Source: a virus
Taxonomy: Duplodnaviria; Caudoviricetes
Strand: one strand, 5' to 3'
Length of the DNA stretch: 64,000 nt
Virus record (IMG/VR): IMGVR_UViG_3300047551_002158
Shown: positions 1 to 9,317 of the stretch, in pieces
Position numbering within the stretch: the stretch's first letter is position 1
Layout: each line of letters starts with the position of its first letter
Program-made: the position numbers and the translations under genes
Notes under the pieces: model-generated
Seen by the model: only the letters and a program-made list of their open reading frames with translations
Databases searched by the model: none
What the model was told of the DNA's origin: nothing

Positions 1-645
1 CCCAATAAAGCAAATCAAATATCATTAAAGTATGATGCTCCACAATTTGCCCAATCCGTAGGACTTGAGTTTGAAAATTTTGGAAAAATATTTGATGCTC
101 TTGGATTGAACAATTATTTAAAATATAATCAGATGTTTTTATCTGAAGTTATGGATGTTTATCCTGATATTATGGGTAAGAAGTTTGATAGTAGAGATGC
201 TATAAAATCTTCTAATGAAGTTAAAGCATTAAAAAAGGTTGCAAAGGAAGTTTTTGCGACTATTGGAGATCAATTAGAAGATAAATTAACTGGGTCTGGA
301 AGAGAGCAGTTTAGAAGATCTTTGGCAGCATACTGTAAGGAAAGAGCTACAAAAAATGAAAGCGGAGTTGAATTGGTTAAATTTACTACAAGAGGTGGAT
401 CAGTAACCCAAACATTTGGTCAGTCATTTTTTGAAAATGTTGCAAATGCTGATTTAAAAGTTCATAAGGATCTGGGTGGGAGTGATCCAAAAATATTAAT
501 ATATTCCGGAACATCTGCGACAAAAACAAATACTTTAATACAGTTTAGATATAGAACTGATGCAACAGCAAAAGATAAAAATGGTAAATATAAAATTTTA
601 ATGAGGTCTTATGTTGAATCTGGCGATCTTTTGTACAAATTATAA
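1..645 (+). CDS. hypothetical phage protein, 5'-truncated by the window edge
   Basis: The frame is open from base 1 (PNKANQISLKYDAPQF...) into the 106..645 ORF; no family recognised. Confidence 0.75.
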   Translation, partial: PNKANQISLKYDAPQFAQSVGLEFENFGKIFDALGLNNYLKYNQMFLSEVMDVYPDIMGKKFDSRDAIKSSNEVKALKKVAKEVFATIGDQLEDKLTGSGREQFRRSLAAYCKERATKNESGVELVKFTTRGGSVTQTFGQSFFENVANADLKVHKDLGGSDPKILIYSGTSATKTNTLIQFRYRTDATAKDKNGKYKILMRSYVESGDLLYKL

Positions 646-682
646 ATAACTAAAAGACACTTAAGTGCGATAAGATACATTA

Positions 683-1975
683 ATGAAAAGTTTTCTAAAT
701 TTTCTTACTGAAGCAACGCAGTCGCAAGCAGCAATGCAAGCGAAGAAACTTGGTTTAACTGGAGACGGTCATGGCGGATGGATTGACCGTTCTGGTAAAG
801 TTATTGCAAGAACAGAAAAAGGAAAACTTAAGTATATTGATGGTCGTCAATCAAAAGGTGCAGAGCAACCAGCAGCACAAGCACCTCAAGCAGCACCCGC
901 TCCTGCTCCTCAACCAGTTGCAACAGCACAAGCACCTATTCCACAACCCCAAGCAGCACCAGGACAAGCACCAGAGGAGCAACCCGCAGAAGAACTACCA
1001 CCACTCACTGTTGTCTTTGGTCGCTTCAATCCACCAACAGTAGGACACGAAAAACTTCTTAAGTCTGCAAAGAGAATTTCTGCTGGTGGAGATATTAAGA
1101 TTTATCCTTCAAGATCCCAAGATCCAAAGAAAAATCCTTTAGATCCTGATATTAAAGTTTCGTATATGAAAAAGATGTTTCCTGAATTTGAGGAAACTAT
1201 TATTAATGATAAAGATATGAAGACTATCTTTGATGTTCTTGTAACTGCTAATGAAGATGGATATACAAGTGTCAATATTGTAGTTGGTTCGGATCGTCAA
1301 GCAGAATTTGAAAATTTAGCACAAAAGTATAATGGAGATCTTTATTCGTTTGATCAAATTCGTGTAATATCTGCTGGAGTAAGAGATGCTGATGCTGAAG
1401 GTGTGGAAGGAATGTCTGCATCCAAGATGAGAAAAGCAGTTCTTGATGATGACTTTGCATCATTCCGTAGAGGAACTCCAAAGACACTTGATGATGGAGA
1501 AACTCAAGCACTCTTTAATGCAGTTCGCCAAGGAATGGGTGCAAAGAAGTCAAAAGTTAAAAAGGAAAGTTATTCCCTATGGGAGATTGCCCCAAAGTAT
1601 GATATGAGAAATCTTCGTGAGAATTATGTAAGAGGAAAAATTTTTAGAATGGGTGATAAAGTTCAAAATCTCAATACTGGATTGATTGGAGAAGTAATGC
1701 GTAGAGGAACTAATCATCTCATTTGTGTAACTGAAGAAGGTTATATGTTTAAGTCTTGGATTAAGGATTTGATGGAATATACTGAAGTTAAGATGGATAG
1801 TATGTATAGATCTCCAGGAAAACCAAATACTCTTGCGGGAACAACAGGGTATTTGAAGTATGCAATGAAACAAACTCCAGGATCTACTTTAGGAAAAGAA
1901 AATCTTCAAGCAGGTGGATCTTCATTTTTAGACAAATTTATAAATAAGTATAAGAAACAAAAAGTACGTGTTTAA
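683..1975 (+). CDS. cytidylyltransferase-like (HxGH nucleotidyltransferase) protein of cyanophages
   Basis: VVFGRFNPPTVGHEKL HxGH-type motif, VVGSDR and SASKMR motifs, Pro/Ala/Gln linker; late-promoter-like ATAAATA at about 643. Confidence 0.85.
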   Translation: MKSFLNFLTEATQSQAAMQAKKLGLTGDGHGGWIDRSGKVIARTEKGKLKYIDGRQSKGAEQPAAQAPQAAPAPAPQPVATAQAPIPQPQAAPGQAPEEQPAEELPPLTVVFGRFNPPTVGHEKLLKSAKRISAGGDIKIYPSRSQDPKKNPLDPDIKVSYMKKMFPEFEETIINDKDMKTIFDVLVTANEDGYTSVNIVVGSDRQAEFENLAQKYNGDLYSFDQIRVISAGVRDADAEGVEGMSASKMRKAVLDDDFASFRRGTPKTLDDGETQALFNAVRQGMGAKKSKVKKESYSLWEIAPKYDMRNLRENYVRGKIFRMGDKVQNLNTGLIGEVMRRGTNHLICVTEEGYMFKSWIKDLMEYTEVKMDSMYRSPGKPNTLAGTTGYLKYAMKQTPGSTLGKENLQAGGSSFLDKFINKYKKQKVRV

Positions 1976-1980
1976 TTAAG

Positions 1981-3702
1981 ATGTCTATCAATCCTCTAAA
2001 TGATATTTCCAGAGTATATCTGGAGCAGGTTGTCGAATCTTCTCATCTTGAGACTGATATGAAAACGCGTCGTAAGAATAATGAAAAAGCAGTTAAAGAT
2101 ATGAAAAAAACAAAAGCATATCAAGATATGGTTGATGCTGCCAGAAAGAAGTTTGATGAGGCATTAGATCCAGTAGGGCAAGAAGATGCTGATGTTGATA
2201 ATGATGGTAAGAAAAATACAAAGTCCGATAAGTATCTCCTAAAGCGTAGAGCAGCAATATCAAAAGCAATTACTCATAAAGAGGCATTAGATCCTGTTGG
2301 TAAGGAAGATGATGATATTGATAATGATGGAATTCCAAATACTAAATCTGATAAGTATCTAAAGCATCGTAGAAAAGTTCGCGGAAAAGTTATTGCTAAA
2401 GAAGGTTTCTCAAACTGGAGAGAGGATCTGATTGAAGTTACCAGCAAACTTGAAGGAAAGGATGGTAAGGAACCAAAAATTGTAGAAAAATCTGTTGATA
2501 ACAAAATAAATATCAATCCAAATCTTGATCTTGGTGAAGCAGTAGAAAATCTTGGTGGAACTCTGCTTGAAATGGTTGAGATTGAAAACTTTGAAGGAGT
2601 TCTTGATGAATTTACTGAATCTGAAATCTTCTTACTTTCTGATCAATTAATTGAACAAGTAGTGGAAGAATTTTTCTATGAGTGTATTGAAGAAGGTTAT
2701 GATATTTTAGAAGTAGAAAATAGACTTATAGAGTCCCTTGAAATTTCTTGTTCTATTCTGACAGAAGAAGAAAGTATTAAAGAAAGTAGACTTGAAAAAA
2801 TTAAAGGTGCTGTAAAGAGAGTTGGTAAAGCACTTGCTCATGGAGTTGGATATGCTGCTGGTGCTGCTGTAAGAGGTATAAAAGCAGCAGGTAGAGAGGT
2901 GAAATCTGGATATGAGAGAGGTAGAAGTGGTTCTTCTCAGGGCAGAACTCAAACTTCATCTTCATCCACATCTGATGGTGGAGATTCTGGTGAAAAGAAA
3001 CCTGGACTTCTTTCTAGAATTGGATCTAAGTTAAAGAGAGGTCTTGCAAAGACTGCAAGAGCAGTTTCCAGAGGAGCAAGAAATGTTGCACGCAGAGTTG
3101 AAGGTGGCGAGAAAAAAGCAACTCCCAAAGTAGCACCTAAAAAAGCAGAAAAACCAGAAGATCCTTGGTCAGGTAGTGCAACAACTCCACCAAAAGCAAA
3201 AGCAAAAACCAAAAAGGCAGCAGCACCAAAAGCAAAATCACCTACCGCAGCAAAACCAAAAGCAAAAAGAAAGTCTAAGTTAGATGATTTACTTGCTAGT
3301 GTAAGAAGCGAAGAAGCACAACTTGATGAAATTGCTCCATTAGTTGCTGGTGGTCTTGCTATAGGTGGAGCAGCTCTTGCTGGAAAGGCTATTGCAGATA
3401 AAATGGAGCAGAGTAGACAGAAAGTAACTTCACCATCTACTGCTAAACCAACTCCATCTTCATCATTATCAGATAAAATGAGAGCAAGAAATCAGCAAAT
3501 GAGAGAATTGATGAATTCTTATGAATTGGAAGGAAATCAAATTGATGAAAAAACACTAAGTGATGCTGAAACGAAAAAGAAGGAAGAAATTGTAAAGTCA
3601 ATGAAAGATAAAGCATCAGACTTTGAAAAGAGATATCCTGGTCGTGGTAAAGAAGTAATGTATGCTACTGCCACTAAGATGGCTAAAAAAATTGCAAAAT
3701 AA
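1981..3702 (+). CDS. modular low-complexity phage protein, possibly an internal head protein
   Basis: Two LDPVGxEDxDxDNDG repeats, acidic middle region, Lys/Ala/Pro-rich basic segment; lies among late genes. Confidence 0.7.
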   Translation: MSINPLNDISRVYLEQVVESSHLETDMKTRRKNNEKAVKDMKKTKAYQDMVDAARKKFDEALDPVGQEDADVDNDGKKNTKSDKYLLKRRAAISKAITHKEALDPVGKEDDDIDNDGIPNTKSDKYLKHRRKVRGKVIAKEGFSNWREDLIEVTSKLEGKDGKEPKIVEKSVDNKININPNLDLGEAVENLGGTLLEMVEIENFEGVLDEFTESEIFLLSDQLIEQVVEEFFYECIEEGYDILEVENRLIESLEISCSILTEEESIKESRLEKIKGAVKRVGKALAHGVGYAAGAAVRGIKAAGREVKSGYERGRSGSSQGRTQTSSSSTSDGGDSGEKKPGLLSRIGSKLKRGLAKTARAVSRGARNVARRVEGGEKKATPKVAPKKAEKPEDPWSGSATTPPKAKAKTKKAAAPKAKSPTAAKPKAKRKSKLDDLLASVRSEEAQLDEIAPLVAGGLAIGGAALAGKAIADKMEQSRQKVTSPSTAKPTPSSSLSDKMRARNQQMRELMNSYELEGNQIDEKTLSDAETKKKEEIVKSMKDKASDFEKRYPGRGKEVMYATATKMAKKIAK

Positions 3703-3738
3703 AAAATCTAAATAGTTAAAATCATATAGGAGGTTATT

Positions 3739-3930
3739 ATGCTAACAGGTTCTCTATTATTTGCAGTTAAAAGCGGTGCTCTAAGTGCTGTTAATGTTCA
3801 ACTCATTCTTGGCATTCTTCTTGCTGTTTCTGAAGTTCTTGGTGCCGATCCAAGAGTTAAGGCAAATGGAATTATTTCATTTATCTTAGTCCAGGCACAA
3901 AATCTTCTGAAAGCAAAAAAAGAAGGTTGA
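3739..3930 (+). CDS. small membrane protein (holin-like, tentative)
   Basis: 63 aa, hydrophobic segments with basic C-terminus; GGAGG RBS; CTAAATA upstream. Confidence 0.65.
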   Translation: MLTGSLLFAVKSGALSAVNVQLILGILLAVSEVLGADPRVKANGIISFILVQAQNLLKAKKEG

Positions 3931-3950
3931 GATAAAATAAAATAAGTTTT

Positions 3951-3983
3951 ATAGAGACTGAGTTTTATCAGTCTCTATTTTTT
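3951..3983 (+). terminator. intrinsic terminator
   Basis: ATAGAGACTGA/TCAGTCTCTAT stem followed by a T run. Confidence 0.8.
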
Positions 3984-4024
3984 ATAAATAATTTTTAGCA
4001 AATAACTTTTACGGAAGAAAGAAC

Positions 4025-4777
4025 ATGGCACTCTGGGGAAATAATGATGCTAAAGGATCTGGCGGTACAGTATCTTTAAATTATGAGACTCTTGTTGTAA
4101 CTGGATCAGGAACTACCTTTGGTCAAGTTGGAGCAGCAGCAACTGGTGATGTAATTAGATTTGGCGCGGCATTCGGTGTGCATTATGGTGATGCCGTAAT
4201 TGTTGGAATTGCAAGTACTACAGTGCTCTCAATTGCATCGACTGCTGGACTAAGTGGAGATGCAATTTCTGGAGTTCAATTCCAGATTAGCGAATCTCCA
4301 AAATTTGCTGTTCTTGACAGCCATTGGAATCAGTCAACTGGTTCTGTAACAGAGACTTATAACTTCTTACAGACTACTGCAACTTACACTGCAGGTGTTG
4401 GAACAGATAAAATTTTGGTTGGAAGTGTTGTTGGAGTAAAAACTGGAGATACTCTAACCGGAGTTAATACGACTGGCGTTGTTGCTTCTATTGGAACAAC
4501 TTCTGTTTCTCTTGCATCCACTATTGGATCTGCTATTACTGCGGGAGATATTATTAAATTCTCAAGAGTAACTGGTGGACATGAATCCGTTGTGGTTGGA
4601 GTCAGTAGTATTTCTGTTGGAGCTGCTGCATCCACTAAGTTTGAATTAACTCACTCTGGGTGGGTTGGTATTATGACATACACAGATAGTGAAGGTAATC
4701 TGAGAGTTAAGAGTGAAGTTCTTGTTGCAATGTCTGGAATCACGACAGGAAATACTGATTATCCACCTGCACTATAA
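4025..4777 (+). CDS. virion structural protein (MALWG-type, Gly/Thr/Val-rich)
   Basis: Beta-rich composition typical of cyanophage structural proteins; TATAAATA late promoter at about 3983. Confidence 0.65.
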   Translation: MALWGNNDAKGSGGTVSLNYETLVVTGSGTTFGQVGAAATGDVIRFGAAFGVHYGDAVIVGIASTTVLSIASTAGLSGDAISGVQFQISESPKFAVLDSHWNQSTGSVTETYNFLQTTATYTAGVGTDKILVGSVVGVKTGDTLTGVNTTGVVASIGTTSVSLASTIGSAITAGDIIKFSRVTGGHESVVVGVSSISVGAAASTKFELTHSGWVGIMTYTDSEGNLRVKSEVLVAMSGITTGNTDYPPAL

Positions 4778-4780
4778 TGT

Positions 4781-5173
4781 ATGATCTTTAATGAATTGAA
4801 TGAGGATAATTTCCTCATGTTTGCTATTAAACATTATGAAAATCCTCAGGCAGTTACTAAAGAAGACTTTGAGAAGGATTTAAATCACTTTAAGTATATT
4901 AAAAGATTATTGAAAAGATATAAAAGAGAAGGTGAATTAAAAACTCATCTTCTCTTGAATCATTTTATTATTCTTTATAATATTTTTGGAGAAGCAACAA
5001 CTCCAATGTTATTTTTTAAAATTGAAAAAGATCTTTGGTCCTCTGTAAAATCATTTATAATATTTCTTGGTAGATTTCCAGAATATCCTAAAACATTAAT
5101 ACACGATATTCCTGTTGATATAAATTGCCTATCCGAACTCTATAAAATCTACAATGGAAAAGAAGAAGATTGA
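4781..5173 (+). CDS. conserved T4-like phage hypothetical protein
   Basis: MIFNELNEDNFLMFAIKHYENP...LKTHLLLNH pattern recalled from cyanomyoviruses. Confidence 0.75.
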   Translation: MIFNELNEDNFLMFAIKHYENPQAVTKEDFEKDLNHFKYIKRLLKRYKREGELKTHLLLNHFIILYNIFGEATTPMLFFKIEKDLWSSVKSFIIFLGRFPEYPKTLIHDIPVDINCLSELYKIYNGKEED

Positions 5174-5387
5174 TAAAGTCATTGAAGCATTTCGTAATTA
5201 TATTAATTTAAAAGAAGAGGGAATGGTCACGGGAAGTTCTTCTGGTTCTCCTGGGTTTAGTGGATCTTCTGATCCGAAAGGTCCAACCGCAGGATTTGAT
5301 CCTGTAATGGGATTGGGAAAAAGAAAAGGTCCGCAGATAAAACTTCCACCTGGTTCCCGTAGAAGGTGGATGAAACCAAAAAACTAA
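5154..5387 (+). CDS. small hypothetical protein
   Basis: Overlaps the upstream ORF; 77 aa, Gly/Ser-rich with basic tail. Confidence 0.65.
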   Translation: MEKKKIDKVIEAFRNYINLKEEGMVTGSSSGSPGFSGSSDPKGPTAGFDPVMGLGKRKGPQIKLPPGSRRRWMKPKN

Positions 5388-5452
5388 ATAATATTAAAAC
5401 TACTTGAGTTATTTGTTTCCAGTAGTGTAAGAAATAATAACTCACACGGAAA

Positions 5453-5857
5453 ATGTTTAATTCAAATACTTCTGCTGATACTAAAATTGCTGTATTAGAA
5501 GAGCGTCTATCTTCTTATGAACTTATGTTAAAAAAGATAGATGAAGCAATTCAAATTATGGGGAAGACGAGTCAAAATATTAGCAAGATGCTTGCCGTTC
5601 ACGAAGAAAGAATAGAGCAGTGTCACAAAGCTGATGATTATGTTAGCAGACTGATTGAAGAATTGAAAATTGAGAATAAAGATTCGCACGAAGCAGTGGC
5701 AGAAAGAATTGAAAAAGTTGAAAATAAATTGGAAGAATTTGTAAAATTTCGTTGGATAATAGTTGGAGTTTTTGCAGTTATATCTTTTGGACTATCGCAA
5801 TCACACGTAGTTGTTGATTTATTAACTCCAGATACTCAGCAACAAGTAATAAAATAA
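5453..5857 (+). CDS. coiled-coil protein with C-terminal transmembrane helix
   Basis: Heptad-rich region followed by WIIVGVFAVISFGL; CTAAATA upstream. Confidence 0.7.
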   Translation: MFNSNTSADTKIAVLEERLSSYELMLKKIDEAIQIMGKTSQNISKMLAVHEERIEQCHKADDYVSRLIEELKIENKDSHEAVAERIEKVENKLEEFVKFRWIIVGVFAVISFGLSQSHVVVDLLTPDTQQQVIK

Positions 5858-5884
5858 ATAATTGAGTGTTGGCACAGGATGCCA

Positions 5885-5992
5885 ATGAAAACTAAAAATC
5901 AAGCAACACTCTACTCTCTTCAGAGAATTACAAATTCGGTCGTAAAATGGACAGGGATTATGACCGCATTGTGTCTTGACAAAACGCGATAG
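5885..5992 (+). CDS. 35-aa hypothetical peptide (below the ORF-track cutoff)
   Basis: MKTKNQATLYSLQRITNSVVKWTGIMTALCLDKTR fills the intergenic gap. Confidence 0.4.
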   Translation: MKTKNQATLYSLQRITNSVVKWTGIMTALCLDKTR

Positions 5993-6027
5993 ACTGGTAG
6001 AATAAGTACACTCATTAAGGTTTGGTT

Positions 6028-7023
6028 ATGGATTTTGTTGATGTTAAATACATCAATTTGATTTCTGGAAGATTTCATAAGTTCAAAAAAATAAAACATA
6101 ATCTTTATAATTTTCGTTGCCCAATCTGTGGAGATTCGCAAAAGAATAAAAATAAGGCAAGGGGATATCTCTATCAAGTAAAAAACAATACAAACTTTAA
6201 GTGTCATAATTGTGGTATCAATATATCTTTTAATAACTTTTTAAAACAAATTGATATTACGATTCATAAGCAATATACCTTTGAAAAATTTAAAGAAGGT
6301 CATAGTGGTAAAAACTTTACTGCAGAAGAACCTCAGTTTAATTTTCAGAAACCAGACTTTTTCACAAAACGTGAAAATTCGGAAAATGTGAAAAAGTTGG
6401 GTTTACCGAAAGCGTTAACAAATCCTAACGCAAAAAAGTATCTGGAAAGTAGAAAATTAAATCCAGATAACTATTATTACACCGAAAAATTTAAAGAGTG
6501 GACTAATTCTCTTCGACCAACATTCGACAATACAAATCAAGATGAACCAAGGATTATTATTCCTTTGTTTTATCAAAATAAGTTAGTCGGATTTCAGGGA
6601 AGAGCACTTGGTCCCAGTAAGGTAAAGTACATTACTATAATGCTTGATGATGACGCACCAAAAATTTATGGTCTTGATGAAGTCAAAAAAAGTGAAACTG
6701 TCTACATCACAGAAGGTCCCTTTGACTCAACATTCATTCGCAACGCGATTGCTCTTTGTGGAGCTGATGGCGATCTTGATAAGTGGAATATTGGCAGGCG
6801 TGTTTGGATTTATGATAACGAACCACGTAATGCAGAAATCACCAACAGGATCGCAAAGCGTATTGATGAAGGAGAACAAGTTGTAATTTGGCCTTCTACA
6901 ATATCCGAAAAGGATATTAATGATATGGTTTTATCTGGACTGAATGTTCAAGATGTGATAGAATCAAATACTTACTCTGGTTTAGAAGCAAAACTTAAAT
7001 TTACTACCTGGAAGAAAATATGA
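6028..7023 (+). CDS. gp61: DNA primase (T4 gp61-like)
   Basis: Zn finger RCPICGDS...KCHNCG; TOPRIM motifs EGPFDS and YDNEPRN; TTGACA-N17-TAGAAT promoter at about 5975-6003. Confidence 0.95.
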   Translation: MDFVDVKYINLISGRFHKFKKIKHNLYNFRCPICGDSQKNKNKARGYLYQVKNNTNFKCHNCGINISFNNFLKQIDITIHKQYTFEKFKEGHSGKNFTAEEPQFNFQKPDFFTKRENSENVKKLGLPKALTNPNAKKYLESRKLNPDNYYYTEKFKEWTNSLRPTFDNTNQDEPRIIIPLFYQNKLVGFQGRALGPSKVKYITIMLDDDAPKIYGLDEVKKSETVYITEGPFDSTFIRNAIALCGADGDLDKWNIGRRVWIYDNEPRNAEITNRIAKRIDEGEQVVIWPSTISEKDINDMVLSGLNVQDVIESNTYSGLEAKLKFTTWKKI

Positions 7024-9317
7024 GCAACGGTACAAAAGTTAAAAAGCGTGATGGTCGAATTGAGTCTCTTGACCTGGAAAAGATGCACTTGATGGTTGAA
7101 GAGGCGTGTAAGGGTCTTGCAGGCGTCTCTGCGAGTCAAGTTGAGATGACATCTGGTATTCAGTTTTATGATGGTATCACCACTGCAGAGATTCAGGAGA
7201 TTCTGATTCGATCTGCTTCTGACCTGATCGATCTTGATCACCCTAATTATCAGTTTGTTGCTGCCCGTCTGCTTCTTTTTGCAGTTCGTAAGCAACTTTA
7301 TGGAAAGATGAAAGAACTTCCTCATCTTGAGCAGCACATTTATAACTGTGTTAATCAGGAAGTTTATGATAATGATATTTACAGCAAGTACTCAAAGGAA
7401 GAGATTGATAAGGCAAACTCTTTTATTGATCACGATAGAGATTATCTCTTTACTTACGCTGGACTTCGCCAGGTTGTTGATAAGTATTTGGTTCAGGATC
7501 GCAGTTCAGGTGGAGTATATGAAACTCCGCAGTTCATGTATATGATGATTGCTCTGACTATCTTTGCAGAGTATCCAAAAGAAACAAGAATGTCATATGT
7601 CAAGAGGTATTATGACGCAATCTCCAAACACAAAATCAACATCCCTACCCCCATTATGGCAGGCGTTAGGACACCACTTAGACAATTCGCTAGCTGTGTT
7701 CTTGTTGATGTTGATGACACCCTCGATAGCATCTTTAGTTCTGATATGGCTATTGGCAGATACGTTGCACAAAGGGCGGGAATCGGTATCAACGCAGGTC
7801 GCATCAGGGGTATCAACAGCAAAATCAGAGGTGGAGAAGTTCAACATACAGGTGTTGTCCCTTTCCTCAAAAAGTTTGAAGCAACTGTCCGATGCTGCAC
7901 TCAGAATGGCATCCGTGGTGGATCAGCAACTGTCCACTTCCCAATCTGGCACCAAGAAATAGAAGACATTCTTGTTCTTAAAAACAACAAGGGAACGGAA
8001 GATAATCGTGTCCGTAAACTTGATTATTCTATCCAAATTAGTAAGTTGTTTTATGAAAGATTTATTCAAGACGGTGAGATCACGCTTTTCTCTCCACATG
8101 ATGTACCTGGACTTTATGATTCTTTCGGACTCCCTGAGTTTGACGATCTCTATGTTTCGTATGAAAAAGATTCGTCCATTCCGAAAAAAACTATTAAAGC
8201 ACAAGAACTCATCCTTAACCTTCTTAAAGAACGTGCGGAAACAGGTCGTATCTACCTTATGAATATTGACCATTGCAATTCTCACTCTTCATTTAAGGAT
8301 AAAGTTAATATGAGCAATCTCTGTCAAGAGATTACTCTTCCTACTGATCCTATTCAGCATATTGATGATACTCATGGAGAAATTGCTCTGTGTATTCTTT
8401 CTGCCATTAACGTGGGCAAAGTTAAATCTGATGAAGAACTTGAGGATCTTTGTGATCTTTCTGTTCGTGGTTTGGATGAGTTGATCGACTATCAGAAATA
8501 CCCCGTAGAGGCGGCAGAAATCGCCACGAAGGCACGTCGTTCTCTTGGCATAGGATTTATTGGTCTTGCTCACTATTTGGCAAAACTTGGTTTTGATTAT
8601 GATTCTCAAGAGGCGTGGGATGCTGTTCATGGACTTTCAGAATCATTCCAATATTATCTTTTGAAAGCATCTAATCAACTTGCTAAAGAAAAGGGATATT
8701 GTGAATACTTTGGTCGTACCAAGTATGCTGATGGTATTCTTCCAATTGACACTTACAAAAAAGATGTAGACGAAATTTCATCTATCACACTTCAACATGA
8801 TTGGGAAAATCTTAGAGCATCCATCTTGGCTCACGGTCTCAGGCACTCAACATTGTCCGCACAGATGCCATCGGAGAGTAGTTCCGTTGTGTCAAATGCG
8901 ACAAATGGAATCGAACCTCCCCGTGGTTTCCTGTCCGTTAAGAAATCGAAGAAGGGCCCTCTCAAGCAGATTGTCCCTCAATATCAAACTCTTAAGAACA
9001 ACTATACGCTTCTTTGGGATATGGAGTCCAATCGTGGTTACATTAATATTGTTGCTTTGATGCAGAAGTTCTTTGATCAAGCGATTTCTGGAAACTGGTC
9101 TTATAATCCAGAAAATTATCAAGATAATGAAGTTCCTGTATCAGTAATGGCAAATGACTTTTTGACTACATACAAGTACGGGTGGAAAACTTCTTATTAC
9201 CAAAACACTTATGATATTAAGACTGATGAGGTAGTAGAAGAAAAACCCAATCTTCAAGATTTGTTAAGTGAGTTAAGTTCAGTAGAGGAGGGAGAGTGTG
9301 AATCCTGTGCAGTTTAA
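7020..9317 (+). CDS. nrdA: class Ia ribonucleotide reductase alpha subunit
   Basis: ATP cone (VKKRDG), ASCVL, SNLCQEIT, TSYYQN and C-terminal CESC all intact; no intein or intron. Confidence 0.98.
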   Translation: MSNGTKVKKRDGRIESLDLEKMHLMVEEACKGLAGVSASQVEMTSGIQFYDGITTAEIQEILIRSASDLIDLDHPNYQFVAARLLLFAVRKQLYGKMKELPHLEQHIYNCVNQEVYDNDIYSKYSKEEIDKANSFIDHDRDYLFTYAGLRQVVDKYLVQDRSSGGVYETPQFMYMMIALTIFAEYPKETRMSYVKRYYDAISKHKINIPTPIMAGVRTPLRQFASCVLVDVDDTLDSIFSSDMAIGRYVAQRAGIGINAGRIRGINSKIRGGEVQHTGVVPFLKKFEATVRCCTQNGIRGGSATVHFPIWHQEIEDILVLKNNKGTEDNRVRKLDYSIQISKLFYERFIQDGEITLFSPHDVPGLYDSFGLPEFDDLYVSYEKDSSIPKKTIKAQELILNLLKERAETGRIYLMNIDHCNSHSSFKDKVNMSNLCQEITLPTDPIQHIDDTHGEIALCILSAINVGKVKSDEELEDLCDLSVRGLDELIDYQKYPVEAAEIATKARRSLGIGFIGLAHYLAKLGFDYDSQEAWDAVHGLSESFQYYLLKASNQLAKEKGYCEYFGRTKYADGILPIDTYKKDVDEISSITLQHDWENLRASILAHGLRHSTLSAQMPSESSSVVSNATNGIEPPRGFLSVKKSKKGPLKQIVPQYQTLKNNYTLLWDMESNRGYINIVALMQKFFDQAISGNWSYNPENYQDNEVPVSVMANDFLTTYKYGWKTSYYQNTYDIKTDEVVEEKPNLQDLLSELSSVEEGECESCAV

